The position numbers and the translations under genes are program-made. Positions 1 to 12,820 of a stretch of 64,000 nucleotides of DNA are shown here, one piece after another; within the stretch, counting starts at the first letter, position 1; every line of letters begins with the position of its first letter. The notes below the pieces were generated by a model that saw only the letters and a list, made by a program, of their open reading frames with translations, made no database searches and was not told the origin of the DNA. The stretch covers positions 7,626,001 to 7,690,000 of the forward strand of contig OZ024756.1 of assembly GCA_964016885.1 (NCBI GenBank), in the 5' to 3' direction. This DNA is from Eledone cirrhosa. Its lineage: Eukaryota.

Positions 1-1529
1 ATCTAGCTTCATGGGTTTCTGTAAATCCTTAGACTGTACTCTATCAGCTCACATATAAATATAAAAGCCTACTAGAATAAGTGGAACGGAGTTTACGTTG
101 TCAACGAGTTTTTTCCTGGCGGCAGAGGAGTCAACTAGCGGTGAAAAACGCACATGGCATTAGACAAGGGAGATGACCCCTATATCCGCGAAAACAATTC
201 GAGTGAATGTGGAAATACACATATCGAATTAGAGTGCTCAATAGACATGTTAAAATAAAACAAAAGCTATTCATCACTCAATAGAATCGACAAAAAATGA
301 GCAATAAAATTAACTGGTGGATAGCTATGTCCAGAGCTAAATATATTATCGAAAAATCGGCGCACGAGTTCACGAAAAACGAAATTCGATATGAGCGGCA
401 GAGGGCTCAATAATTCAGATGAATCAGAGCTATAACTATCGTTAAAATACCGTCACATATAGAACAAGTCTACAATCAACCATACGATTTAAAATCGATA
501 AAGGAAGATTCGGGCCAAACAGATAAAAAATATCAATAAAACAATACGTCAATAATTTAAATGAATGTAAAATCATACCCGGACCCACTAGAAAGGTGTT
601 AAATCTAGCTTCATGGGTTTCTGTAAATCCTTAGACTGTACTCTATCAGCTCACATATAAATATAAAAGCCTACTAGAATAAGTGGAACGGAGTTTACGT
701 TGTCAACGAGTTTTTTCCTGGCGGCAGAGGAGTCAACTAGCGGTGAAAAACGCACATGGCATTAGACAAGGGAGATGACCCCTATATCCGCGAAAACAAT
801 TCGAGTGAATGTGGAAATACACATATCGAATTAGAGTGCTCAATAGACATGTTAAAATAAAACAAAAGCTATTCATCACTCAATAGAATCGACAAAAAAT
901 GAGCAATAAAATTAACTGGTGGATAGCTATGTCCAGAGCTAAATATATTAGAAAGATCGAGTATCGAAAAATCGGCGCACGAGTTCACGAAAAACGAAAT
1001 TCGATATGAGCGGCAGAGGGCTCAATAATTCAGATGAATCAGAGCTATAACTATCGTTAAAATACCGTCACATATAGAACAAGTCTACAATCAACCATAC
1101 GATTTAAAATCGATAAAGGAAGATTCGGGCCAAACAGATAAAAAATATCAATAAAACAATACGTCAATAATTTAAATGAATGTAAAATCATACCCGGACC
1201 CACTAGAAAGGTGTTAAATCTAGCTTCATGGGTTTCTGTAAATCCTTAGACTGTACTCTATCAGCTCACATATAAATATAAAAGCCTACTAGAATAAGTG
1301 GAACGGAGTTTACGTTGTCAACGAGTTTTTTCCTGGCGGCAGAGGAGTCAACTAGCGGTGAAAAACGCACATGGCATTAGACAAGGGAGATGACCCCTAT
1401 ATCCGCGAAAACAATTCGAGTGAATGTGGAAATACACATATCGAATTAGAGTGCTCAATAGACATGTTAAAATAAAACAAAAGCTATTCATCACTCAATA
1501 GAATCGACAAAAAATGAGCAATAAAATTA
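1..1529. repeat. Tandem satellite, 602/615-bp unit, ~2.5 copies visible (array runs off the left edge)
   Basis: ATCTAGCTTCATGGG recurs at 1, 603 and 1218. Copies are near-identical except a 13-bp insertion (GAAAGATCGAGTA, 951-963) in copy 2. The third copy stops at ~1529. Confidence 0.95.
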
Positions 1530-1804
1530 TTATCACTAACAACATGATGTTCATCACTGCTACTACTACTATCATAATTATGAAGACCACCTTCAGCAGC
1601 AGCAGCATTTCCCTTAGCAATTGTTATACTTCCTCTGGCTGAAGGGAAATGACTTTCTTTTTACTTCATATCTATATATATACATACACACAGTTGTCCT
1701 CCGGTATTCGCGGGTTACGTTCCTAGAGCACACACGAAGAGTGAGTAACCGCGAATATATTACGTGGTCCATAAAAATACCTATAAACGTCAAGACTACG
1801 TAAA

Positions 1805-2062
1805 AACCGGTAAGGGTGTTGGACTTACGATCATAATGTCGTGGGTTCGATTCCTGGGTTGCGTGTTGTACTCTTGAGCAAAACACTTCATTTCACGTTG
1901 CTTCAGTCCAGTATACGCCGCTGAAAATGAATACCAGTAATAGCCGGGGGTTTAACCTTGTGATGGTCTGGCGTTCTGTATCTTGTACTCTCAGTCGCTT
2001 CACGCCATGAAACCGGGATAAGCACCGGCCAAATGAGTCTTCGGCCTAAGACAGACTTTAGA
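1805..2062 (+). mobile_element. tRNA-derived SINE (group B, CORE-like body)
   Basis: B-box-like GGTTCGATTCC (~1844-1854) followed by TTGAGCAAAACACTTCATTTCACGTTGCT, shared with 22620-22722 and 40785-41100. Confidence 0.7.
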
Positions 2063-3080
2063 CTTATATAAATATATAGATATATATAAATACACAGGAA
2101 AAAGTATGACCCCGACGGCTATTTCTGGATTAAATTAGAATTTTTAGCCTGGTAAATAAATAGCCGAACTTGTTAAGGAGTACTTCCTTATATGGGAAGA
2201 TTGTAGTTGTCAAGGGGATTGGTCAAAATTTGTTGTAAGCACAAATAAGTCTGTCATGGCATTTGGTGGGAGGTTGGGGTGGCTGAACATGCCTGTAGAA
2301 CAATGAGCGAGTGAGTGGAGCCGGTCAAGCGTTGAAAGTGAAATCTATACAGCAGATTCTAAGGATGGTGTTTGAAAAGTCGAAAAATTGTTCTGGAGAA
2401 AATGGAGAAGGGAAGATATAGAATAGGTAAGTCAAATGAAAGTAGGAGACAATAAAAAATGTTAGAAATAAATATAAAGAAAATATATAAAATTAGATGG
2501 TGAGAAATGGAAAAAAAACAGTGGAGTCTATAGACAGTTGCTATTATTAGTAGGTGTTGCTTGTACTGCCAAAGCTATAGAAAAGGTTAATAAGTTGAGA
2601 ATGGAAAATACTAAATAAGAAATTGTAGAAGTGGGTAGGGAAAACATATATTGCAAACTTTTCAGGGGTTTAACACAGCTGCTATAAATAGTTAGTAAAG
2701 CGTATTCCGCCAATGCTATCTTACAATAACAGGTTAATAAGTTGAGAATAGAAAATATTAAATCAGACATTTTGAAATTGTAGAATTGGAGTAGTAACAC
2801 AAATGATACAAATGTACAGGGGTCTAACACATCTGCCATAAATAGTTAGTAAAGCGTATTCGGCCAATTCTATCTTAAAATTACAGGGGTGGGGGTTCTG
2901 AGGCTACCGAGGTCCGATGAGCTGCATCGGATTAGGCAGAAGGGGAAAAACAGACAAGGAAGAAGATCGGGGGTGGAAGAAATTTATAGGATAAGAAATG
3001 GGGAAGTAGCCATATAAAGTCTGTTTTATTGGCTCGTATAAAGCTTCACCGGGTAAAGCTTCACAGGTTGTCGATAAAGG

Positions 3081-3530
3081 GGTGATGGTAGACCTATGAA
3101 ATCTTGCATGTAAAACTTTCAATACTCTTCTTTTTAGTAACTGCATTATTTCTTTCCGGGGACTATGTTGAAAAATAAACCTCATTTGGTCATTCCATGA
3201 GAGTATCTTGGTCAGCCTATGAAGGAGCGATGCTAGCGCTGTGAAATCGTGTACACATTAATTTCAACTCTTCTTATTAATAACTGTATTGTCTCTTTCC
3301 AAGGACCATGTTTAAAAATAAACCTCATTTAGTCATTCCATGAGAGTATCTTGGTCAGCCTATGAAAGATTAATGCTAGAGCTGTGAAATCGTGCATACA
3401 TTAATTTCAGCTCTTCTTATAAATAACTGCATTGTTTCCTTCCTAGGACTAGCTTGAAAAATAAACCTCATTTGGTCATTCCATGAGAGTATCTTAGTCC
3501 GCCTATCAACTTTACAGCCGACTCTCCTAT
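3081..3530. mobile_element. Mariner-type MITE with its internal ~140-bp segment tandemly triplicated
   Basis: Three copies of ...AAAATAAACCTCATTTGGTCATTCCATGAGAGTATCTTGGTCAGCCTAT; same sequence as the MITE at 8991-9191. Confidence 0.7.
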
Positions 3531-3774
3531 ATGTAACAAAAGAGATGTATTTATTCTATAAATCATTTTAGTTTCTTCTCCTTCTCATATTTTTTCTTTT
3601 CGTTCCTTCCATTGTTTTTTACCAATATTCACTACTCCTCCTCAGTAATGTAATTTCTTCTGTCTATTCTTGCAGTCCCTTATTTGTTGTTGTTGTTTTT
3701 GTTTATCAAGTCGTTGCGTTGTCTTGTTTGTGTCACAGATAAATCAATTTGCAGCATTTAATTAACGCCTCTGC

Positions 3775-3870
3775 GTTGCGCGTGCGTGCGTGCGCGTGTG
3801 CATTTGCGTGTGTGTGTGGTTTGTGTGCATTGTATTAAAATGTATGTGTGCGTGTATGTATGCACATATG

Positions 3871-3913
<43 letters not shown>

Positions 3914-4182
3914 GTGTGTGTGTATGTATGCACATATGTATGTATATATATATATGTGTGTGTGTGTCTGCATATATTGTCTGAAAGTGTATATGCGTAT
4001 GTATACATATATGCATGTGTTTTGTGTGTGGTTCCTTGTGCCTGCGTGCGTTGTCTTAAGGTGTATATGTGTGTGTATGCATATATATATATGTGTATGT
4101 GTGTGTGGTTTCTTATGACTATGTGTATTCTCTTAAAGTGTAAATGTGTATATATGTGTGTCTGTGTGTGTGTGCGTGTGTG
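3775..4182. repeat. (TG)n/(TA)n low-complexity microsatellite
   Basis: Directly visible dinucleotide runs. Confidence 0.95.
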
Positions 4183-4503
4183 AAATTAACAGTGTGTGAC
4201 ACTTTCACGATAAATTTCTTGGGGTAAAATTAAAACTTATTTTTGTTTATATATATATTCGGATCTAGCTGTCGAAACGGCCGGAGCTCAGCCGTCGGGG
4301 TCCTGACTCTTTTCCTTATATAAGTTATTCCGGGTTGCCTCGGTGGTAACCACAGTAAGTAAGGTACTCAAAACATAGCAGAGTATAACAGTTTTAATAT
4401 AGATGAGATTCTACAGGACTAGAACTGTTTCATTCGTGAGAAATAATCAGGAAGCTAACTCTGATGATTTCTCACGAATGAAACAGTTCTAGTCCTGTAG
4501 AAG

Positions 4504-4542
<39 letters not shown>

Positions 4543-4671
4543 GGAAAGTTATATTTAAATTGTTGGGTTACAACTAGTAAATATTTATAACTGATATAAA
4601 AGCATTCGACAAATATTTGGAGTATATTTACAATATTAAATAAATGGAAACTATATTTATAAAACCATATT

Positions 4672-4737
4672 TATTTCATTATATATATTTCAGGGATATC
4701 ATATTAACAATATGCTATGCCTTCCTCAGACAAAATA
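4672..4737 (-). ncRNA. Type I hammerhead ribozyme motif
   Basis: Reverse complement of the motif at 4913-4978. Confidence 0.7.
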
Positions 4738-4912
4738 CAATATAAACAGTTTTATAGATAAATAGATTCGACATACCGTAACAACATCGACTTGTATTTG
4801 AAAAGGTTGATTTGTATTTGAAAAGGTTGATCTGCCAAATCAACCTTTTCAAATACAAGTCGATGTTGTTACGGTATGTCGAATCTATTTATCTATAAAA
4901 CTGTTTATATTG

Positions 4913-4978
4913 TATTTTGTCTGAGGAAGGCATAGCATATTGTTAATATGATATCCCTGAAATATATATAATGAAATA
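4913..4978 (+). ncRNA. Type I hammerhead ribozyme motif
   Basis: TATTTTGT-CTGAGGA-[AGG..CATATT/AATATG..CCT stem II]-GAAA-TATATA-TA-ATGAAATA. Stem I pairs, stem III is palindromic, AUA cleavage triplet. Confidence 0.72.
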
Positions 4979-5015
4979 AATATGGTTTTATAAATATAGT
5001 TTCCATTTATTTAAT

Positions 5016-5050
<35 letters not shown>

Positions 5051-5055
<5 letters not shown>

Positions 5056-6150
5056 TAACAGATTAAAGTTTAAGCAAAGAATCGCTGATTTCACCCTTAA
5101 CGGGATCTTCTGAAACTAACAAAGTCAATCTGTAAACGCAGAAGTGAATATTTCAAAAAACGTTGCAACCGGAGGAAGACAGGAAGACGATACTTTGGTT
5201 AGTGGAAACGTTTCCTATGCAAATAAGTAATGGTATAAACATAACATAAACTTAGCTACCACATCAAGACGTAAAATATCCGCGTATAGATCGTACTATC
5301 CGTTAGGGTATAATGTGGGGCTGTAATACAGGAAAGTTTTGTGCAATTTAAGTTTACAAGCCGAAATTGCCTCAGATTTTTTGTTTAAGATGTGGTGTGT
5401 GGCGTAGAGTATTTCCAGGGCCTCAGTGCCGGAGAGGTCACATGATCTTTTATTTCCGTTATACGATCTAGCCCTACCTAGGATCTCCCAGTGTAACTTA
5501 TATTGGGTGTGGTTGTCTTTTAGATTCCAGATATAAGCTGAAAGTGACGTCATATTCCTTCTTAGAGGGTAACAAAAAGAATGGGTATGCATGTAAAGAC
5601 TGCTTGAATCTATTGGCGGTTAACCCTATGTCGGCCATACGGGACGTGTGTGTTTCAACCTTACATATGTAGACAATGTTACTAGAGAGGCATTTCCCGG
5701 ATAAGGGGCAATCAACCCGATTCCTACAATTACAGTTAGTACTAACTACAGGGTTGCACGTGTTCCTACGGCTAGGTAGTTTAGCTAAATTTGAAGCTGT
5801 GGTGTTATGTGCAAGGTTAGGAGTCGTAGAGTAAGAAATTTTAATAGTATTTCTATTAAACATTTTACTATATTTATGTGTAGGGGGGAAATGCTTCGTA
5901 ATAAGGGATAGAAAGATCTTAGCTAATGGTGTGGCCACCTCCATATTATATGGTGGGTTATACCATATAATGCGTCGGGGTCTATTTCTTGTAGGTCTAT
6001 TCTCATACTCTGTATATGCTACCTTATCGAAAAATCCACTCCGAGCAAGAGATTCATTGTAATATGTGGAATGGTCGTTGAAAATATGCTCGTTAGTAGA
6101 TAGACGGGAAAGCCTCAACGAAACGTTTCTTACCAGGTTCTTATATATTT
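5051..6150 (-). mobile_element. 5'-truncated Penelope-like retroelement: RT thumb, linker and GIY-YIG endonuclease, frameshifted
   Basis: ORFs 5498-6118 and 5296-5592 carry WYNPPY, FNRNTIKISYS, CNCRNRVDCPLSGKC, NIVY...IGLT..FKQ, LSAYIWNLK and LNKKSE, and align by eye with the elements at 43-44 kb and 45-47 kb. Flanked by (TA)n. Confidence 0.88.
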
Positions 6151-6225
6151 GATATATATTTATCCTTATCGAGCCCTCTTTGGATTTTAGTCTTCAAATC
6201 TATTATTATTACTATATATATATAT

Positions 6226-6330
6226 ACGCCGAGGTTGACTTTGCCTTTCATCCTTACGGGGTCGATAAAATAAAGTACCAGTAATGCACTGGGTAATTGC
6301 TGGCCTTGTGCCTAAAGTAGAAACAATTAT

Positions 6331-6332
<2 letters not shown>
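6226..6332 (+). mobile_element. SINE group A, 5'-truncated
   Basis: Matches the 3' part of the full copy at 9440-9630 (GTCGATAAAATAAAGTACCAG...AGAAACAATTATT). Confidence 0.9.
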
Positions 6333-6367
<35 letters not shown>

Positions 6368-6539
6368 AAGGAAAGTCAAAGGTGATCTCGGCCAGACTTG
6401 AAATCACTACGTAATATATTATAAATAAACACCGCAAGGTATTTCCACCGACGTCCGAACAAGTCTGTTAATCCATGCGCGCGCGCCGCGCGTGCGCGTG
6501 CATGCGTGCGTGCGTGCGTGTGTGCGTGTTTGTGTGTGG

Positions 6540-6875
6540 ATGGTCCCGTAACTCCTGACGGAGTCGTAGAGGCGCCATATTGATATACGGCGTTTATAGG
6601 GCATTTCTTTTAATCTGGCAGAACCCACCTCCTTTCAGGTCTGAATACAGCAGATTTCTTCCAGAGAAGGATAGAGAGGGTGAGAGAATGGAAGTGAGAA
6701 AGAGATATAAAGGATGAATTGACCCCAATACTTGACTGTTAATTTTTTTATTGACCTCGGATGGCTGAAAGGCAAAGTTGGCCGCGGCAGGATTTGAAAT
6801 CAGGGATCAAACAGTCGAAACGTATTCAGCAAAACATTCTACCAGACGTTCTAACGACTCTGCCAATTCGCCGCC
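6540..6875 (-). mobile_element. Old SINE group A head/body with an alternative ~190-bp 3' tail
   Basis: Diverged group A sequence at 6720-6875 joined to a tail (CTGGAAGAAATCTGCTGTATTCA...) also seen at 27650-27810. Confidence 0.65.
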
Positions 6876-7377
6876 TCTTTAATAAATACAAATCATATAT
6901 GTACTTGGGTGGATCAAATCAACAATTTTGTGCCAAATTAACACGATGACAATAACGATTAACGATTTAAATCCTTTTACTAACTTTCTAAGAACTACAT
7001 CGAAATTTCATTACGTCTAATTCACGTTTAACCTTCTTTTCTTCCATTAATAGTAAGGAGATGGTTAACTCTTTTCAGAATGTCTTATATCCATGCAAAG
7101 ATGATTTATTAATGAACAATGGAATCCTATTATGTTTCGTGTAATGATTTCGTTTTGTCCTGAATATGTGAATACCTATGGACACTGCAGTATGTTTAAC
7201 CTCTTCAACTCTGCACGAGAGTTGTTCCTGTGAAAATTGTCTTGTAGAATTTTAAATCAATTCCAAGGTCACATTGTAGCTAATGTTTCATTGACTCCTT
7301 TCATGGTAATTCTCTCCCTCACTATCTATCCACCCATCTCTCTCCCTCCATCCCTGTCTCCCTTTCTCTCTATCCAC

Positions 7378-7773
<396 letters not shown>

Positions 7774-8114
7774 CCACCACATGCCTTCTTAATGTAAATG
7801 GAATTGTATTATATTGTATTATTATGGTTGGAAATAACTTTATGTTGCGGTTAATACCCTCGTCTTTCATTGACCTAACATAATCTCGCCCTTATTCAGA
7901 AGCATCTTCTCAATAAAATCTCTTAGAAAATCATTTGCTCGCTTAATGTTCTAATATCTGGAACAATTGGTTGCATGGGAGAAGTTATTTGGTCATACTA
8001 TCGTAATTATAATGTTTAACAATAGTTTAGCTCAGTTTAATAGAATATTTGATGCCAGTGGTATGTGTAATGTTGAGTAGAAAGCTCAGTTATTTAGTCA
8101 TACTATCGAAATTA

Positions 8115-8301
8115 TAATTGTTTCTACTTTTGGGACAAGGCCAACAATTATCCCAGTGTATTACTGGTACTTTATTTTATCGACCCCGTAAGGATGAAGG
8201 GCAAAGTTAACCTCGGTGGTATTTGAACTCAAACCATAAAGGTCCGTAAACTCTTTGCTGCAAAGCATGACGTCCGACCCTCTACCGATACTGCCAATCC
8301 A

Positions 8302-8302
<1 letters not shown>
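8115..8302 (-). mobile_element. SINE group A
   Basis: Reverse complement of the group A consensus, ending CTACCGATACTGCCAATCCAC. Confidence 0.88.
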
Positions 8303-8362
<60 letters not shown>

Positions 8363-8479
8363 TGTGTGAATGGGGGACAATGTTTAACAATTGTTTAGCT
8401 GAGTTTTAAAAAAATATTTGATGTAAGATGTGTAATGTTGAGTTGAAAGCTGAATTATTGGTCATGCTATCATAATTAT

Positions 8480-8655
8480 AATGGTTTCTGATTCAGGCAC
8501 AAGGCCAGCAATATTGGGGGTAGGGGAACGTTGATTAAATCGACCCCAGTATATTACTGGTACTTTATTTTATTGACCCTGTAAATATGAAAAGCGAAGC
8601 TCACCTCGGCGGGATATGAACTTGGAACGTAAAAGTCCGTAGCTCTATGCTGCAA
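8480..8655 (-). mobile_element. SINE group A, diverged
   Basis: GGCACAAGGCCAGCAA...ACTGGTACTTTATTTTATTGACCC. Confidence 0.75.
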
Positions 8656-8990
8656 TGTTTAACTCAGTTTAATAGACTATTTCAGCTTGCTGTGTGATGT
8701 TCAGTGGAAATCTCAGAGAATTATAGAAGCTGATTATAGTTGAGACAACGGGAGAGCCTTCATATGGTCCATAGACATGCTAGAAATGAGAGTCTATAGC
8801 CCTCAGACTACACTCTATGTCTGCATTAAAATCAATGGACACAATGAACAATGTAGTTCTATATACTCTATGTTTGGTAAAAATGATGCGATAGTGACGA
8901 ATGAAATGCCTTGAAATAGTGAGTCTCAACAACAAATACAGTTATATAATGGGGTCTAAGAAAATTATGGTCACTGAAACTTTCAACAAA

Positions 8991-9191
8991 TATGAGGGTC
9001 GTCGGATAAATTCATAGCCTGACTATGAAGAAGTGATGCTAGAACTGTGAAATCTTGCATGCATTAATTTCAATTCTTCTTATTAATAACTGCATTGTTT
9101 CTTTCCAGGGACTATGTTGAAACATAAATCTCATTTGGTCAATCCATGAGAGTACCTTGGTCAGCCTATAAACTTTCAACCGACCCTCATA
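8991..9191. mobile_element. Tc1/mariner-type MITE (~200 bp)
   Basis: Imperfect terminal inverted repeats TATGAGGGTCG.../...CGACCCTCATA with flanking TA; related copies at 3081-3530 and 26667-26850. Confidence 0.75.
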
Positions 9192-9439
9192 AATGTTTTC
9201 TGTGTCCTGGACTCTCTAACATTCTATCACACCACCTACCATTCTATCACATTCTCTACTATTCTATCACACCACCTACCATTATATCCCACCCCCTACC
9301 ATTTCATGAAAAGGGTTTACACTTTTGTAAAATTATAATTCGAATTTTTTCATCTTTAAACCGAAATCTTTTTTATAATTCTGGCTTTAGTTTTTAATCT
9401 CTCGAATAATCCATTCTCGTAATTGAAACCATTATTATT

Positions 9440-9800
9440 GTGGATTGGCAGTATCGGTAGAGGGTCGGACGCCATGCTTTCCAGCATAGTTACGTCCCTT
9501 TACGATCTGAGTTCAAATCCCGCCGAGGTTGACTTTGCCTTTCATCCTTACGGGGTCGATAAAATAAAGTACCAGTAATGCACTGGGTAATTGCTGGCCT
9601 TGTGCCTAAAGTAGAAACAATTATTATTACAATGCTTTGCAGCATAGAGTTACGGCCATTTACAGTCTGAGTTCACATCCTGCCGAGGTTAACTTTGCCT
9701 TTCATCCTTACGGGGTCAATAAAATATAGTACCAGTAATACACTGGGGTCGATTTAATCGACTTTCCCTACTCGCCCCCAAAATTGCTGGCCTTGTGCCA
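9440..9800 (+). mobile_element. Two tandem SINE group A copies (full copy 9440-9630, second 9631-9800)
   Basis: A-box-like TGGCAGTATCGG, B-box GAGTTCAAATCC, body, (ATT)n tail. Confidence 0.9.
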
Positions 9801-10042
9801 TAATTATTACAAATAGAAGATCTTTAAAGATGTTCCATCTCATCTAATTAAATATTAAGACTTTCAAATCTAAGTATTTCTGGCTGAGCGATTCTAAATA
9901 TTTGATATTAGTGAAGTCTGCTGCCTTTGTTTGGGGCGTTTGTCACACTCCTTTGCCTCCATAATATTATTATTATTATGCATTCCTCTGTGAGTAATGC
10001 ATAATAATAATAATATTATTAAGGCAAAGAAGGAGAAGGCAA

Positions 10043-10325
10043 AGAAGAAGAAGAAGAAGAAGAAGAAGAAGAAGAAGAAGAAGAAGAAGAAGAAGAAGAA
10101 GAAGAAGAAGAAGAAGAAGAAGAAGAAGAAGAAGAAGAAGAAGAAGAAGAATGCAAAGTAGAAGAAGAAGAAGAAGAAGAAGAAGAAGAAGAAGAAGAAG
10201 AAGAAGAAGAAGAAGAAGAAGAAGAAGAAGAAGAAGAAGAAGAAACAAATAAGACGAAGAAAGAAAAGAAGAAGAAGAAGAAGAAGAAGAAGAAGAAGAA
10301 GAAGAAGAAGAAGAAGAAGAAGAAG
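10043..10325. repeat. (GAA)n trinucleotide repeat
   Basis: Directly visible. Confidence 0.97.
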
Positions 10326-10539
10326 ATACGCCACTTTAAGGCTCACCTTGCATTAATGATACAGGGACAGGTTACTTATATAATGTGGAGTCTGTTTACA
10401 TGGTTTAAGTGTAAGATCTGCAATGTCACACAATATTAGATATTGTAGTAACACTTCTGATGGTACAGCCTTTGTGTTTAGTACCGTAAATATACTCTGG
10501 ACTGGGTGAGACGGGACAAACACCCACACCATACTATGA

Positions 10540-10930
10540 GACTCTCTAACATTCTATCACACCACCTACCATTCTATCACATTCTCTACTATTCTATCAC
10601 ACCACCTACCATTATATCCCACCCCCTACCATTCTATATCACACCCTATCATTCTATCACACCAGCTACCATTCTATCACACCCTTTACCATTCTATCAC
10701 ACACCCTACCATTCTATCACACACCCTAACATTCTATCACACCCTTTACCAAAATATCACAACCCCTACCATTCTATCACACGACCTACCATTCTATCAC
10801 ACCACCTACCATTCTATCACACCCTCTACCATTCTATCACACCACCTACCATTCTATCCCACCCCTACCATTCTATCCCACCGCCTATCATTATATCACA
10901 CCACCTACCATTCTATCACACTCTCTACCA
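10540..10930. repeat. ~20-21-bp minisatellite (ACCATTCTATCACACC...)
   Basis: Repeated ACCATTCTATCAC core; its first ~95 bp are duplicated at 9209-9303. Confidence 0.85.
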
Positions 10931-11107
10931 ACTCCGCCATTTTAATGACTATTGATAGATAAATGCAGGAAATGAGAGGAAATTACGTCTAATTATATAA
11001 TACTAGACATTCTACTAAATATAGCAATATATATTAAAATACGGAAAATTCAATATAATAATAAATATATATACATATATATATACACACACATATTATA
11101 TTTATAC

Positions 11108-11167
<60 letters not shown>

Positions 11168-11168
<1 letters not shown>

Positions 11169-11353
11169 AAAGTATGACCCCGACGGCAGAGCTCAAGCCG
11201 TTTCGACGGCTATTTCTGGACTCAAATAGCCGTCGAAACGGCTTGAGCTCTGCCGTTTGGGTCATACTTTTTCCTATTTCCCACTCTACTACCCGAAGTA
11301 TTGAGTACTCTGGTGCGTTATGGTCCATCTGGTTCCTTACCACAATTCGTTTG

Positions 11354-11355
<2 letters not shown>
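11168..11355. mobile_element. Palindromic mini-element, family P (ATGACCCCGACGGCAGAGCTCAAGCCG...)
   Basis: Inverted arms 11168-11215 and 11224-11270 plus a unique extension; same family at 20961-21167, 48718-48909, 4262-4316 and 2095-2135. Confidence 0.8.
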
Positions 11356-11412
<57 letters not shown>

Positions 11413-11418
<6 letters not shown>

Positions 11419-11797
11419 TATATGATAAACACTTACGTGTTTTTGTTGCAATTGACAATAAAATAGCTAGAATGAAATATCTTAATTCAAATACATATAG
11501 TCTGCCTGTGTCGATCTAAAAAATAATAAATCAATACTCACAAACACATATGGGCAAAAGGCCACGTAGGTACCAAGGCCTTTTGCCCATATGTGTTTGT
11601 GAGTATTGATTTATTATTTTTTAGATCGACACAGGCAGACTATATGTATTTGAATTAAGATATTTCATTCTAGCTATTTTATTGTCAATTGCAACAAATA
11701 CACGTAAGTGTTTATCAGATATTAATTTATACTGCTCAGAAGTGATTCTTAGAGCTAAAATAATTGTAAATTACCCCATTGAGTGTAAACTCTAAGT

Positions 11798-11800
<3 letters not shown>
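11413..11800. repeat. ~150-bp-arm palindrome between (TA)n tracts
   Basis: 11413-11563 is the near-perfect reverse complement of 11576-11725. Confidence 0.88.
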
Positions 11801-11849
<49 letters not shown>

Positions 11850-11955
11850 CCACATCTTACGTTAACTATTTTTCCCATTGCTATAGTCGCATATATGTTA
11901 TGGAATACTGTTTGCTTCTCGCTACAACAATTTACAGACCTTTCATTATTATAAA

Positions 11956-12055
<100 letters not shown>

Positions 12056-12160
12056 GTAGACAAGATATCGTTTTCAGTTTCTCTAGTTCAGAGTTATGCT
12101 AGAAATAAATCCTACTGTATGGATTATCTATGTTAAACTATATATATACATATATACAAG

Positions 12161-12595
12161 TATATTAAATAAATGGAAACTATATTTATAAAACCATATT
12201 TATTCTATTATATATATTTCAAGGGTACCAAAACTTTGGTCCACTCTCATCAGATAAAATACAAAGTGTGTTTTATAAATATTTGACATAACCAAGAAAA
12301 TACCTCAACGGTTGAAGTCTATCCAGGAAAAACTTGAAACATTAAGGTATTTTCTTGGTTATGTCAAAATTTATAAAACACACTTTGTATTTTACTGATG
12401 AGAGCGGACCAAAGATTTGGTACCCTTGAAATATATATAATAGAATAAATATGGTTTTGTAAATATAGTTTCCATTTATTTAATATCATTGAATATTTGA
12501 ATATTATACTCCAGAAAACTGTCGAGTGCTCTGAATCAGTTATAAACATTTATATTTGTTGAATTACCAACAAATTGAATATCCCTTCTGCTTAT
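12161..12595. mobile_element. Palindromic mini-element with paired hammerheads (minus 12201-12261, plus 12388-12447)
   Basis: Arms ~12161-12320 and ~12332-12486. CTGATGA-GAGCGGACCAAAGATTTGGTACCCTT-GAAA-TATATA-TA-ATAGAATA. Confidence 0.82.
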
Positions 12596-12773
12596 ATATA
12601 TATATATATATATATAGTGAGAGAGGCGGGGTGCATTGTTAAATGTAACTGATGAATAATAAATAATGATTAATTAATATTTAAAATAATGGAAATAGAA
12701 GTAAGTATCGAAATATGGGCTGGAAATATCCATACATAGATAGATAAAGAGAGAGAGATGTATATATATATAT

Positions 12774-12820
<47 letters not shown>

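Larger units (their letters stand above)
4541..5021. mobile_element. Palindromic mini-element (inverted Penelope-type terminal repeats) inside (TA)n
   Basis: Arms ~4629-4814 and ~4836-5021 are reverse complements; (TA)n on both sides; each arm carries a hammerhead motif. Confidence 0.85.

Noticed and set aside
2140-3060. Purine-skewed region with ~150-bp internal repeats and short ORFs
   Set aside because: Possibly an old retroelement UTR, but no motif could be identified.
4403-4508. 48-bp-arm palindrome containing CTGATGA...GAAAC
   Set aside because: The palindrome is real, but no convincing stem I could be paired, so it is not called as a ribozyme.
4541-5021. Palindromes as fold-back sequencing or assembly artefacts
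   Set aside because: Sister palindromes have arm mismatches, spacers and a consistent family layout. This copy's arms look identical, so read support is still worth checking.
9440-9525. tRNA-like A and B boxes
   Set aside because: No cloverleaf seen; always attached to the SINE body, so these are SINE heads, not tRNA genes.
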